DNA of 64,000 nucleotides, taken from the NCBI RefSeq assembly GCF_009914755.1, contig NC_060928.1, one strand, 5' to 3'. How positions within the stretch are numbered: position 1 is the first letter of the stretch; each line of letters opens with the position of its first letter. The DNA comes from the human T2T-CHM13v2.0 reference genome, Homo sapiens. The notes beneath the pieces were generated by a model, which ran no database searches, had not been told where the DNA came from, and saw only the letters and a list, made by a program, of their open reading frames with translations. Below are positions 1-14,521 of this stretch, one piece after another. The position numbers and the translations under genes were made by a program.

Positions 1-99
1 ATATATCAGATATATGATATGAAGAAGACTTCAATAATGATGTATATATATCATATATATGGTATATATGTATCATATATACATCATGATGCATATATG

Positions 100-135
<36 letters not shown>
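1..135. repeat. AT-rich low-complexity tract plus (CA)n microsatellite (~103-130)
   Basis: Directly visible tatatgatat-type repeats followed by about 14 CA units. Confidence 0.9.
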
Positions 136-136
<1 letters not shown>

Positions 137-1239
137 TTAATCAGGTCCAATTCCATTAAGAAAATTAAAGTCAGATGTGGTTTCTCCTTTGCTCTCCCAA
201 TTAATATTTCCAATAATTATGAAAGGCCTGGACATGATATTAGTGGCAACAATAACAGGTTAGAAAGAGTTATGTTCACTCCTAAAAATCTTTCCTGTAT
301 TTCTTGAAGAACAAAATCACAATCACCACTGCTACCACCATTATCACTTTCACTGCTACCAGTAAAAACAAAGCAAGAAAAGAAATATTAAGAAACACTA
401 TTTTTATCTTTGGCAAGAACATTATAGGGAAAAAAACCCAGCATGGAACTATGACTATTGTGGAGTTCCCTCTGATATTTTGGGATGATGGATTTTATTG
501 AGCTCACTCTAGAGCGCATATCCTATTTTAGAAGACTTCAATAATGCCCTGGTCATAATATCTGCCAGTCTGAAGGAGTAATGGTATCTTCCTACCAACT
601 TATTATAAATCAGTGACTCAGACACTTGGACATCTCTTCTTCTAATATTTGTTTAAAAGTAAGAAAAGGGGTTGGGGGAAGTAGGAAGGAAGGTGTGGTT
701 TTAAAATTTTTGAATGCCTTCTCAGTGATTCATAACATAAAAAATATATATGATATGAATCACGTAAGCCATATTCCCATTTGGAGCCACAATAAAAACT
801 AAACAATATTAAACACTATCATATTCTGGAAAAATATAATTTTTTTAAAAAGAAAATCTTGCATGTGTATGATGTGCATGTAAAAATTAACTTCCTTATT
901 TTTCAAAAATCGGTTTGTATACGAGAAAGTTCCTGCCATTAATGAGTCAGGAAGGAATAGAAGATGAGGTTGTGCAGGGACACAGGAGAGGCTGTGGAAG
1001 GCCAAATAGTCTGGGCTAAGGAGTCACAGGAAACTGGGCATGCCATATGCACTCATACCCATGCGCCTTTTTCCATCATACTCTCCCGACCATCTCTGGT
1101 AAAATTTATCTTCACCCTCAAGGTGTAGTTCAAATCTACCACTCCTCTATCAATATTTCTGTGTTCATTTAAGCAGAGATAATTTTATCTTCTATTCTCA
1201 CACTGATTTCTTCTCAATTTGTTCCAAATACTCACAATC

Positions 1240-1602
1240 TATAGCAACTGGTCCAAGAAGTCAAACCATAACCTTTGTAGCAATCAGACCAAATGGTTAG
1301 AACCTAATAACTGCAAACTTCCCTAATTTTTGGTCCCTATTTCCAATTCAGGATCAAACAAAGGAAGCCAAATCACCTAGGATGCTCTGATTTTAGGTAG
1401 CCCATTTCCAGCTTCAATATGCCAACAACCTCCAAATCTGGGCCTAACTGAAGCCTTCTCTTTGTCCCCATTATTACCCTATCCTGTCTGCCTTTGGGTT
1501 TCTACCAAATGCATGTGATGTTGGCTGATCCTCTTCTGTAGTAAGCTGTGGAAAAAATACTCTGTGTTTGTTCTCAGCTGGGTGATTTCAGCTTATTTCC
1601 AC
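1240..1602 (+). mobile_element. Old solo LTR fragment (ERV1-type, MER31-like; subfamily uncertain)
   Basis: The motif aacttccctaatttttggtccctatttccaattcaggatcaaacaaaggaagccaaat resembles a recalled MER31-type LTR, and the element ends in ...ttccaca. Boundaries are approximate. Confidence 0.4.
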
Positions 1603-4600
1603 AGAAGAGATAATCTTTACTAGTTCAATAAAGGGAAAATATATGGATTCATCTTTGCAATCAACGACCATCTTATTTCTGTTCCAGCATAATAATAGTG
1701 TTGATATACAACATACTGAATCATGTTTCTTACTCCTGCAGAACGATGCCTACACTGAGCAAACATCAATTACCTCCATTTCTAGGAGCCTAAATTTGCT
1801 AAGCTTCTTCCACTGAGCTCTTCCTCCCCCAGTCATTTCACAGCTGAAACACGTCTGTCTCCGGGGCCTCTTAGAAAAGAACGTAGGATTATCATGATGA
1901 ACCTATTTGTGCTCAGCTATTTTAGGTTTTAAATTATTTTGAGAAAAGGAGAGAAAATTTGAAAGCAAATAAAGTTGCAAATAAGTGATGCTGTTTTCGT
2001 CAGCTCAAATAAATAACGTTTATAAACACAGCTTTGAAAGTACTGTTTTAAATACTCATTTAATGAAAAAATAACATCAATTAAAAATATGAGTGGGTTC
2101 AAAAAAAGAAGAAAATAAGTAAAAGAAACAAGTCAAATATGTACATTGTTTAGCTCCCTCCATTATGTCTGTCTAGTATTTTTCTAAAATTGAATCACAT
2201 CTATCAGCATGAAACTTTTAAGGTGGAAAAATCAGAAAGACTAAGCTTTCCATTTAATTATGTCTCTCTCAAATAATAAAAGTAATTGCGGCAATATACT
2301 GAAATTACCAAAACTCAAGGAATGTGTGTATTTTGTGATAAACATATTATGACAATTGAACATACTCTAGAATGACTTAAGAGGAAGCTAAATGTCACAT
2401 TTTCATATCACACTATTCAAATTCCATGCAACTACATTCTGTTTTTTATTAGTATTGATCAGTAGCATTAAAATCACATATTATAATAGTTGCCATAATT
2501 ATTTAAAATTAAATATTGTGCTGGTGATAAATGTGAAATATTTAATACATTGTATACATAACAGTGATTAATTATGGTTACAATTGCTTTATACATTGAA
2601 TTGTGTATAAATGTATGTGTGTGATTATATTCACAAAAATGTACCTTTATAAAATATTCGTAATTGTGACTATATATGATCTCCAACAGGAATTTACCTG
2701 ACCAAACATTGAAAAATATTTTAATATTATAATATTTATATTTGTATAATACTGATAAAAATCAGACAGATTAATAGAACGGCTTTCATAGCCCAGAGCC
2801 AACATAGACAAAATAATACCCGTGTAGCTGCTTATTTAGTACATGCTACATGTAGAAACCTATAAGATTTTTGGAGGAGAGTGAAAACCACTGCTGAGTA
2901 CTCACATAAGTCTTTGGAAAATATCAATTTAAATCCCCACGTACACAAAATTAACATTTTAAAGATTTTTTTATATCCCGTGCAAAATAAACATTACTAA
3001 AACACAAAAGTTGACACTTTCAATAATATAGCTCTGTTCTGTGAAGTGCTACAATCCCACTAGTTTTAATGGGTAAAGAGCCTGTTCATGCAATTTACAA
3101 AACAGATGTTAAAACAGCTAATGACTGTACTTTTTGCTTATAAGTGAATGATCTCATTAAATCTAAAAATAAAAATAAATTTAATTATAAATGCACAGCT
3201 ATTTTTCTCCTATTAAATAAGCAACGATGTTCTAGGTTGTGAACTACCAATATCATGTACCATTGAGGGGAATGCTAATTGTACAGTAGTTCAGAAGGGC
3301 CATTTGTCAATATGTATAAACAATCTTAAAAATATTCATATGCATTGACCCTTACTTTGAATTTTATGAATGTGTTCTAAGGACATTAATGACAGAAATA
3401 GTAAGATACAAAACATGCACACACAGAGGCACACAAAATCTTTCTCTCAAACAATAACAGTTATACACACACAGAGAGAGCAAAACATTCATGACAAAGA
3501 TCAAACATTAGCATACCTAACAGACACTAAATTTTTGCTTTTAAAATATTTTTAATTGCTCATATAAATTTTATATTGTTATGTTAAGTAAAAAAAACAG
3601 AAAACAAAACTACCAATTAAAAATTCAACTGTACAAAAGACATCTTAAATATATATGGCAAAATATTAATACTGTTTGCTTCTGGTGGTATGATTAACTT
3701 TCTTTCTGAATTTTGTCTTTTATGTTCTTTGTAATTTAAAATAAGAATTAAGAAATGCCTACCTAAATAAAAATAGCAGCTTAGTGAGAAATTAGGGCAA
3801 TTGACTTAACTCTGCCAAATTTGTAACCTGCAATATAAAAAAAAAAGGCTGAAACTTATAGGAAAGTGAAGAAGCAAGACGTCTTGGTAATGTCAGCAAA
3901 TCAGGGCATTCATCTAAGGACGTGGCCATTAATCTAACCTCTAAGAATATGTTGGAAAATAGCTAAAGTGGTGCAGGTGCAATCTGAGCACTTGGAGTCT
4001 ATGGAGACACAATGCAGTGGGGGCGGGGGTTGGGCGGTAAGTGGAAGCAGGATTGATAGTGATTTTCACCTTAGGACATTTGGTTTATACTGAGATGATC
4101 CCCTAATAGACTTCCAAGCTGGGTTATTTCAGAGTCCTCCTTGGAGCTGGGGGCGCTGTCCAAAGGCTTGGATACACTGGAGCAGGATCCAGTCACCATG
4201 GCTTTGGAAACTGATAGGAACAAATGGGCTAAACTGTACAAGCTCCATTCAGATATTTGAGATATACAGAAGTTCCTTCTCATTTCAATTTATTGGATGA
4301 AGATTTAGAAGCCCCAAGGCTTAGGCAGAAAGATACAGGGTGGTAAAATGCACATCTACTTATATTTAAAAGTAGCTTTTTCCCTATTGGGGCTGAAAAG
4401 CAACAGTATACACTAGCACAGGTTTGAAATGATTAATAATACATCATTAAGCCTTAAAAAAAAGCCTTACCCTGGCCCACTACTTCCCAAATTACTAGAG
4501 AAGAGGTAAATCCAAAAGACTACAGTATGTACGTTTGGAACAGGTAGAACAGGGCTGAGTCAGGAAAAGTTAGATATCAACAACACAACAAATCATTAAG

Positions 4601-4681
4601 AGGTTCCCATGTATTACAAAAAGCATGGAAGTCATACAAATGTAGAATACTGGTTTATTACATATTTGTCCATCTAAATTC

Positions 4682-5840
<1,159 letters not shown>

Positions 5841-6949
5841 CATCTAAATTCCTATGTAAATAATTTTAATTCACTTATCATGTAAATATTGAATTCATGC
5901 TAATTTGATGATTCCTTGTTGGAGTTTTAGATCATCTTTGGTATGATTACATAGAAATTAATAATTTAAGTGGCTGAATTTCATCTTAAAAGTTGTCTGA
6001 GGAAGATTGGACCTCTAAATTGGTAATTCCTTATATTTTTCCTTGCAGCAAATTAGGAAAATCAGAATACTTGTGCAAGCTTAATGTGTCTATTGCTTAA
6101 ATAGTTATACTGAACTTTGCATCCTTAAAAATATAGCATTGTGGTGCTGGCATATCCAAAAATCTCTTGAACAACATTAGCTTTGCAGATTTTTGGTAAA
6201 ATTCCAGTATATCTAGGAAAAATTAACATTAATATAAAAAGTACTTGACTTCATCTTATATTCTTGAATATTTCTGAAGATTCAACTCTTTTCTCTGTAA
6301 TTGCACATTATGATTATCTTTTACATTGTATGTGTAATATTTCTCCATATTTTGAAACAGGTTTCTCTTTGTATTAAACACTAAGGATATTAATAAATGT
6401 ATTAAACAATTGAATTAAATGATTAAATAATCAAAGCTACATGACTTCAATTGAAATTCAACATGGATAATAGATTATTTGGTCTTTAATGTTGGCAGGA
6501 TCTGTGCATTATCTATGGAGAGGATCAGTTTAAACAAAGGCTACTCAATTTGCTTCAGGAAAAATCAAGGGGAATAGGCATAGCAATATCAGAGAAGCAT
6601 TAGGATTCTCCAACATCAGAGGCATTGAGAACTATTGGAGGTAGGCAAGAGGTACTTGTGAGGTACATGGGACTATTTGAATCTATGGAATTATCTGTCT
6701 GGAGGGACACTAAAGAGGAATTACAAAGTTGGTCTGAACACAGCCTAGAAAAAACTTGGGAAACAGAGGTTTTCCCCAATTAATTTCCACAGGGAGGTCA
6801 AACCTTGCCAACTTGATGAGATCTTGCCTTCTGCATGGAAGTAGGGGTGTAGTAAGGGGGAAAAAAAAACTACACTAAACTTTCAACTATATTTCTTGGC
6901 TTTCATTGCATTTCAACCTATCAATCTATCTTGGTCCAAGAGTACTCTA

Positions 6950-7470
6950 TTTTTTATATATTTTCTCTGTCTGTATATTATGATATTTTGACATCTTGAA
7001 AACCTCTCTGGCTGGGGAAAGACTGCCCCTCTCATGGCTAGCCAGTTCCTAGAAGTAGCAAAGTACTTAGCCTACAGCATGTATTTGAGATGCAAACTAA
7101 CCAATCTGGAGCAATACCTTTTTTAACCTCCCATTAACTTCAGGAGGCAATATTCCCCTGCCTTGATAACCCCAGGCCCAGGTTCCAGGCAACTAGAGAC
7201 CTCTTCTATAAGCCCAAAGTTTGCCAGAATTCTTCAAACTAGCCAATATACTTTCACATAGAAACACCAACAAAGGCTCACTCCTAGACTTTCCCCTCAC
7301 TCCTGTCTTCTTCCTCCTGACCAAAATCTGGTGTTTCTCTGATGGCCCTGCATGACATGCCATACCTTCCGTTTCTAGGACCGGAGAGTATAATAAACTT
7401 TGTTTTCCTATGCCTCTTCCGTGTTTCTTCCTGTGGTCATACCTTACTAACCATCAGTTAGATGAACACA
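6950..7470 (+). mobile_element. Solo LTR, MER74-like (ERVL)
   Basis: gactgcccctctcatggctagccagttcctagaagtagc...atgcaaactaaccaatctggagc resembles the recalled MER74/MER73 LTR. There is a TATA-like ctataag near 7206 and AATAAA near 7392. Boundaries are approximate. Confidence 0.55.
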
Positions 7471-7790
7471 GGGCAAGAACTCAACAAACAGCAACCATCA
7501 TGGGTATGCAGATTCCAGTGCCGAATCTTGCAAACAGGAAGAAATGATAATATGTTATTTAAAACAACATCAAGGAAGAGTCCCAAAATAACAACAAAAT
7601 CAACTGAGATTGTCATTTATAATAACGATGGCTAAAACACAGTGTGACGATGAAAGCAGACATAACTAATATTTAATACATAAAAGTATGCCATTTTTCT
7701 GTGAGATTAAAACATTAGAGGAGAAAAAAAGTAATGAGAGAAACAAGGAGTAAGAGACAGTACGGGAATTTTGGTAAGCAAAATAATTGG

Positions 7791-8144
7791 TGTATTAGTT
7801 TGTTTTCATACTGCTATAAAGAACTGCTGGAGACCGGGTAATTTATAAGAGAAAGTGGGTGGAGAGGCCTCAGGAAACTTACAATCCTGAATCATTGTGG
7901 AGGGGGAAGCAAGGGACGTTTTTCATAAGGCAGCAGGAAGGAGAAGTGCCAAGCAAAGTGGTAAGAGCACATTATAAAACCATTAGTTCTTGTAAGAACT
8001 CACTCAGGATCATGAGAACAACATAGGGGAAACTGCCCCCATGATTCAATTACCTCCACCTGGTCTCTCCTTTGACATGAGGTGATTATGGGGATTATAA
8101 TTCAAGATGAGATTTGGGTGGGGACACAAAGCCTAACCATATCA
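7791..8144 (-). mobile_element. MaLR solo LTR (THE1D/MSTA type)
   Basis: Starts tgtattagtttgttttcatactgctataaag and ends gagatttgggtggggacacaaagcctaaccatatca, the reverse complement of the THE1/MST LTR termini. Confidence 0.9.
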
Positions 8145-11100
8145 CTTGAAATAGAATATGCTTTTTATCACTATAACTATCACAGCCATCAGCAGTATAC
8201 AAAGTCAGTCCTTCCAAATGGCATAATAAAGAATTCAGCTGCTTGAGATTGAGTTGCTGATCTATTAGAAACATTTTCTTTTTTTCCTGGTTCATGTAAG
8301 ACCTTATAAAGCACAGATCTTGAACAAATGTGGCTTTTAGCTGATGTTTAAAATCATCTGAGACACTTTGATTCATTTTTCAACAATGAGTATACTTCCA
8401 GACATGGCTCAGGAAATTAACTGATTTCTCTGTTGAATAGATGTTCTAGCCTTTGGCATAGGGCAGTGCTATTGATTTTCACTGTGGAGCTGGGTATCAG
8501 GTTCCTGTGAAAGGCTGTGTTATTGTGGGTTCTGAGAGATGTGTAAAATTCCCAGAAACCTAGGAGGGTCTTCTGCCAGAGCCCAGCGTCTTCTGGAGTG
8601 CCAGCCTGTACTCTTTCAGATAGGGATCACATTCTTAGAGAAATGGAGCTTTGAGCAAATGGAGCTTTAGACAAAAAGTGTATTTTGCTCTTGTGGTTAG
8701 GCTTTTGACCTGCCCTTTGCTTCATACTAGGTGAAATCTAAGTCATTTGATTCTTTACTTAAATAATTTATATCTTTGCAAGTGAGTGATATTAACTTGT
8801 TGTTTCCAGTACCATAAACTGAGTTTTTCTTTCAAATGTTTGCCTCAATATAACTTCCTGAGCATTGCAGCATGTTTACATATTTGATTTGCTCAATAGT
8901 GGATGTTCAATAGTGTTGAGCAATTGAGCCAGTAACCCTCTTACGTTCAGTTTCCTAGGACGGTTTACTTCCCACAGTGGGCAATTAGTTGTTGCTATGT
9001 TCCTTGTCTTCCTGGCATCACTCTGCCCTAATCCCCATTTGTCAGTTATTAATAAATTATGATGTGCTCTCTAATTATTTTGATTCAGAGCCTTTGAAGA
9101 AAAAAGCATGTAATCATGGGAAAATAGAAGAGATAAAAACCCTCAGATATTAAATCAATACACGTCTGGATTTTTTCCAGTTTTACAAAGTCACATCTAT
9201 TGCTAACTCATAAGCTTCTGAGATTTACTTTTATTGAGCTTTTTTCTAAAATCAGGGATTGTATATATGATTACAAATGTTTGGTTACCATTATTTTAAA
9301 ATATAATATTTATGAGATTAAAATGTTTTCATAAAATTTATTTTTCTTATTAGAACTTATTAAATTCTGAAACTATACAAGCCTAATCATGTTATAGATG
9401 CCAAATATATCAATTTATAAAAGTTATTGCTGCTTGACGTCACCGGGTACATCATGACAATGGTATAAGCATGTCCAGATGTCAAAGAAATAAAATCAAA
9501 AGCTAGTGAGGATTTATTAACTCCTATGCACTACTTCTTGAAATCATTGCATTTACTTTGTGATGGGATCAAAAGGATTATATTTGTTTATTTAAAGGTG
9601 TATTTATGGGTTGAGCATTTCATTATGTTTATTTTAGAGATATTAAAGTTTTTCATTTTCTAAAATGTCAACATTAATGGGAAAAATGGACAAACCACTT
9701 CAAATGGAGATTGATGCACAGCTCATCTTTAATTCAATAACTTATGAGTTATTTATTTAATTAAGTTATGTAGGAAAGCCACAGAAGCCTTTATTCTCTA
9801 AATACTTACTGGCCGGCAGAAGAGAGAAGATATTTACACAATGCCCTATAATTTGTGGCTGAAAGTGTTAAATTCTATGAGAATACTGATACATTGTTTT
9901 GATATATTGTTCAAAGGAGAGAATACTTTGGCTAAAGGGATTGAGGAAATTTCTTTTTCCTCTATTCATGACAGAAAGTTTGATATAAGACTTCACATGT
10001 CAGTAAGGCTTAAATATTGAGAGATAATATGAAGCTTTTTCCAAGCAAATGGAGGATGTGAAAAAGAGTGTAGAGTGAGAGATTCTCTTTCCTCATTCTC
10101 AGTCCACGTGCTTTGTATGAAACTGACCCTATTTTCAGTTTCAGTTGTGAGTTCCTATGGTGTTGGTCACAAAGTGTAACTTCTCTATCCTCTCCTTAGT
10201 TAAGGTCTCAGTGCTACTGATTGACTTACTCTGTGGAGCTGGGTATCAAGTTTCTGTAACAGCCTGTGCCATTTCAGCTCTGAGAGTGAAGGGTGAGAGC
10301 CCTAAAGTCAAATCTGTGTTCAACACAGTGACCATTTCCCCTTAGTGACCCAGCAGTTGCCTGATCTCTTCCAACCTCATGGGCCTCTCCTTCTTAGCTG
10401 ACTGTGGCTGGATCTTATTCTTCCACCCTACTTTTCAATATCACAGTGTCCCAAGGTTTTATCCAATAACTTCATTTTAATCAATGCCTTTAAATACCAT
10501 ATTTGTTCAACAACATTCTTGAATTATGTCTCAATTGCATAACAGACATTATTTTAAACACCTGGATCTATCAGTACCTGTTCTTTAGACTTAATGTTTT
10601 AATATCTGGGAACTTTTCAGCTGCAAGATCAATAATTTCCTTTTAGATTAAGCCACTCTAAATTATGCCTTCTATCATTTGCAAGCAAATAAATCCAAGA
10701 CAACAACATATAGTGATAATTCTGGAAAGGTAGTTTGAAGCACATTTTTAATAGTCTTAAACTCCAGCTGCACTCCTCCAGTCATACTTTCATTAGACAT
10801 TTACCCAGGACCTACATTGTAATCTGGATATTCAAGATGAGTACATATCTACTGGGGTGACAGATACATTAAATGGTGAACTAAAACTACTTTAGTGAGA
10901 AAATAAAGTTTTAAGGGTAGACAGAAATGGAATTAACCAGGGTTCACAAAGTCAGGAATGACCATGGAGTTGGTGACATTTAATTTGCATGATTTTAGAA
11001 TGAATACAATTTACTGGATATACCTGTCCCATGAAGGGAGGAGGATCTACTAAAATTCAATGTATTTTTTAGTGTCAAGTTACCATTAATATTAATTTCT

Positions 11101-12740
11101 AAGAGATGTTTTATTCATATTTCTGATAGTTTCTAAAGTTTTAAAATGTAAATTCCATTATTTTTAGCAGCAGAAAATCAGAGGCTTCCCACACAAAAGT
11201 TCAAAAGTTGAATAATCACAAGTCTTGGGGAAGTTATATCCTAAAGAGCAAAGGCCCTGACGTCAGAGCTGGGTTCATGGTCCAGGCCCTTACTGACTGG
11301 TTGTATACAACAGTTTATGTTCTGGACACTTTCCAAGAGGAAAAAAGTCACAGATAAAAATCTCTATTATTTTGTATCCTTCTCTAGTAGGACAGACAGA
11401 CTAAAAATGATGCATGGTGTGTAGAGGAAACAATCAGGTCATCTTTTTAGTATGCTCAATTGAGAGAACAAGATTGAGCAAAGATTTGAAAGAAGAAAGA
11501 AGCTATAAGGTTCTCTGTGTCAAGGAAGTTTTAGACAGTAAGAAGAGCCAATGCCAAAGAATTAAGGCAGGACCATTCTTACAATTTTTAAGAAACAGCA
11601 AGAAGATAATTTTATCAGCTATAAATTAGATAAGATCTAGTATTGAGACATCGTGGTGTTGTGAGATATTACTTGTAAAACCTTTAGAACATTGCCTAGT
11701 AGGAAATGCTATGTAATTAATGTTAGATAATGATATACTTATCATTATTATTACCATGTTACTTCCATTAGGCAAAGAAGCTTCTCTGCAGGTTTTAGCA
11801 CCTACCCTTCATGAATATACTCTTCACAAAGTACTCATTCAAGAAACTATGATGCTTTGATATCAGATGTAGTCAGAGCTCGTTGATGTGTCTAAATTAA
11901 ATAGCTGCATTAAAAACTCTGACATAAATATTTTATTTGGCCCCAAATGAGCTTGAAGAAAACTTTCTAAGTTCAAAGGATTTTACTATCAAGTCATTGC
12001 TTTGACTAACATAAGAACTGTGCCAGGCATGTAGCAAGAACTCAGATACTTCTTGAATTAATGATTCAGACTAACTGAAAAGTTATCATGAAGGGACAGA
12101 TTCCAATTGTACTGTAAACTCTTCTTCTATGCCTAACTACTGTAATTGTGTTTTATAAAAGTTTGACTACTTATCACGCTACTAAGTAAGAGTAAAAACA
12201 TTTATAGAAAGAACACTGCTTTCTTATATCATATGTCCTGGACTTACCTTTGTGTTTATGTGCAATAAGTGTCCAAAAATGTTTGTAATGGATAATTGTG
12301 AAGACGTCATTTACAACCTATCTTACTTCAAGGGACTTAAAAGTAAGTACAAAAGGCTAAATTTTAATATTATTTTCTTGAAACAATAAAACCTACCGTT
12401 TTATACAAATTTACTTGTTTCTCTAATTTCTACATGGTCTGATGATCATAATTATGATAGCCTCTGTTATAGTATTGGCTGACTTCTAAAGAATTTTTGC
12501 TTCAGAAAACTGAGACATTTCAAATGGATTGAGTTTCAATTGTTGAATAGAACATAAGGAGAAATAGGATTGAGCAGTTTTATGTCCAGGTACATGATTT
12601 GAACATGATCATGACAATCAAAGAGAAGACTGGTTGGCCAGAAAATATAACTTTTAACAGGCATTAAGCCATTTCTCAAATTAAATTTATCATCTAAGGA
12701 ACATCATAGCATTAAACTCACATATAAATAGCCTTAAAAT

Positions 12741-13141
12741 GGATGGCAGTGGTGGCATGTCTGGAATGACCACTGCAAAGGCACCGACTGGAGAGGGGGA
12801 GGTGAGGCCATGGTTATGCGCTCTATGGAGCCAGCAGAAGATGTCAATGGATGGAAACCCACCCCCTTCCAAATTGGCAGGGCAGGAGCCCTGCTCTTCT
12901 AGGCACAGCTGCAGCCACCCAACTGTGGATGTAGATCTGGGCATCCCTGTGCTTTGGGGAACCCCAAAAGACTCCCTGCCCCTGTAGGCTCAGACGTGCC
13001 TGCTCCTGCTGCCTGGCCTCTCGCTGCTACTGGTGCCAGCTCTGATTTCAAAGCAAAGTTGAGGATAAGCTTGGGCACTGTTAAAACCTTGCTGGTGTGT
13101 GTGCATTCGGGGCAGTGCTGACACACCAACCCCCTGCTACC
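12741..13141 (+). mobile_element. MER52 5' LTR, truncated after about 400 bp
   Basis: Collinear with 14795-~15200 (for example cccctgtaggctcaga, gcctggcctctc, agcaaagttgaggat, gtgctgacaca), then an abrupt jump into gag. Confidence 0.85.
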
Positions 13142-13149
13142 TAGATATT

Positions 13150-14007
13150 GATTAGGGTCCTAGTTCCCTTTTCTCTACAGGACTTAAGGCTAATTAAGGG
13201 GAATATTGTAAAGTATTCAGATGACCTGACAGTTATATAGAAGCCTTCCAGAATTTAACTCAAGTATTTGAACTCACCTGGAAGGACATTACGTTACTTT
13301 TGAATCAGACCCTGACTACCACTGAAAAGCAGGCCACCCTGCAAGCAGTGCAGAATTTTCGGTACGACCTTTGTATCTCATATAGTTTCAGAGAAGGGGA
13401 TGAGCCTTATCCCGTTGGAAGAACAGCAGTACCACTGGAGGACCCTAAATGCGACACCAGTGATGAAATGGAAGAATGAAAGAGGAAGCACTTTCATGTG
13501 TGTATACTGGAAGGGTTACGAAGGACTAGGACTAAGCCTTTCAATTAGTCCAAGCTATTCATGATAGAACAGGGATTAGATGAAAATCCCACTGCCTTCC
13601 TGGAAAGGCAAAGAGGGGCCTTGGTAAAGCACATGTCTCTAACTCCTGATTCAGTTGAGGGACAACTGATCCTAAAGGATAAGTTCATTATTCAAGCAGC
13701 CCCTGATATCAGGAGGAAGCTGCAGAAACAGGCCATGGCACCAGATAGTACTTTAGAGAACCTCCTGAAAGTGGCCACCACAGTCTTTTACAATAGGAAT
13801 CAGAAGGAGGCCCAAGAGAGGGAAAGGAGACACAAGAAAAAGGGAGAGGCTCTAACAGCTGCCTTGCAGGCTCACAAATCCCAAAATCCCTTGGATAGAC
13901 CTGTTAACTGCTACAAATGTGGCAAGCTGTGGCACTTTAGGAAGGACTGTCTGGACAGCAGGAGGAGGCCACTTTGGCCCTGTCCAATTTGCAATGGGGA
14001 CCACTGA
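13150..14007 (+). pseudogene. ERV1 gag remnant (capsid plus nucleocapsid)
   Basis: One frame from ~13234 reads YIEAFQNLTQVFELTWKDITLLLNQTLT..., with stops at 13477 (TGA) and 13546 (TAG). ORF 13561..14007 carries the major homology region QGLDENPTAFLER, the zinc knuckle CYKCGKLWHFRKDC and a second, stop-broken knuckle CPICNGDH*. Confidence 0.9.
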
Positions 14008-14099
14008 AGACCAGACTGTCCTTGGAGACAGGTCACTGCGTCCAGCCCAAATGGTCCAGCAGGACTGATGGGCCCTGGGGTACTTCTCCCTGGCTCTGA

Positions 14100-14290
14100 T
14101 GGTTCAGAAGTCAAAGGGAGAAAGGTGGACCTCCTCCTGGACACTGGAGCTGGTCTTTCAGTTCTCTCCAATACAGCTCCCCTCTCCTCTCTTAGCAAGA
14201 TTGTGGAGTGGGGAGGGCATCTCAGGAACACATCTAACCCAATATTTTTCCCAAACCCTTAGTTGTAGTTGGGGAGACCTCTTGCTTACT
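14100..14290 (+). pseudogene. Retroviral aspartic protease remnant
   Basis: VKGRKVDLLLDTGAGLSVL contains the catalytic DTG motif (ORF 14068..14262) and is frameshifted downstream. Confidence 0.8.
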
Positions 14291-14521
14291 GTTCTCACCT
14301 TTGTTCTGTTCCCCACCTAAAACATTTTTGTCAAGGACTCCTTAATCCTGAACTCCCAAAGGATTATCTACCCCCTCAAAAGAGTTATTTCTCTCTTAAA
14401 GTTTAACTGCCCCCATACAAGACTTAATTTTTTTGACCAGGATGAAACAGCTCTAGTCACAACATTCTTTTTCAAAATAGTCTACGTTTTAGATTTCTAG
14501 TTTTTTTTTTTCCTTTTAGCT

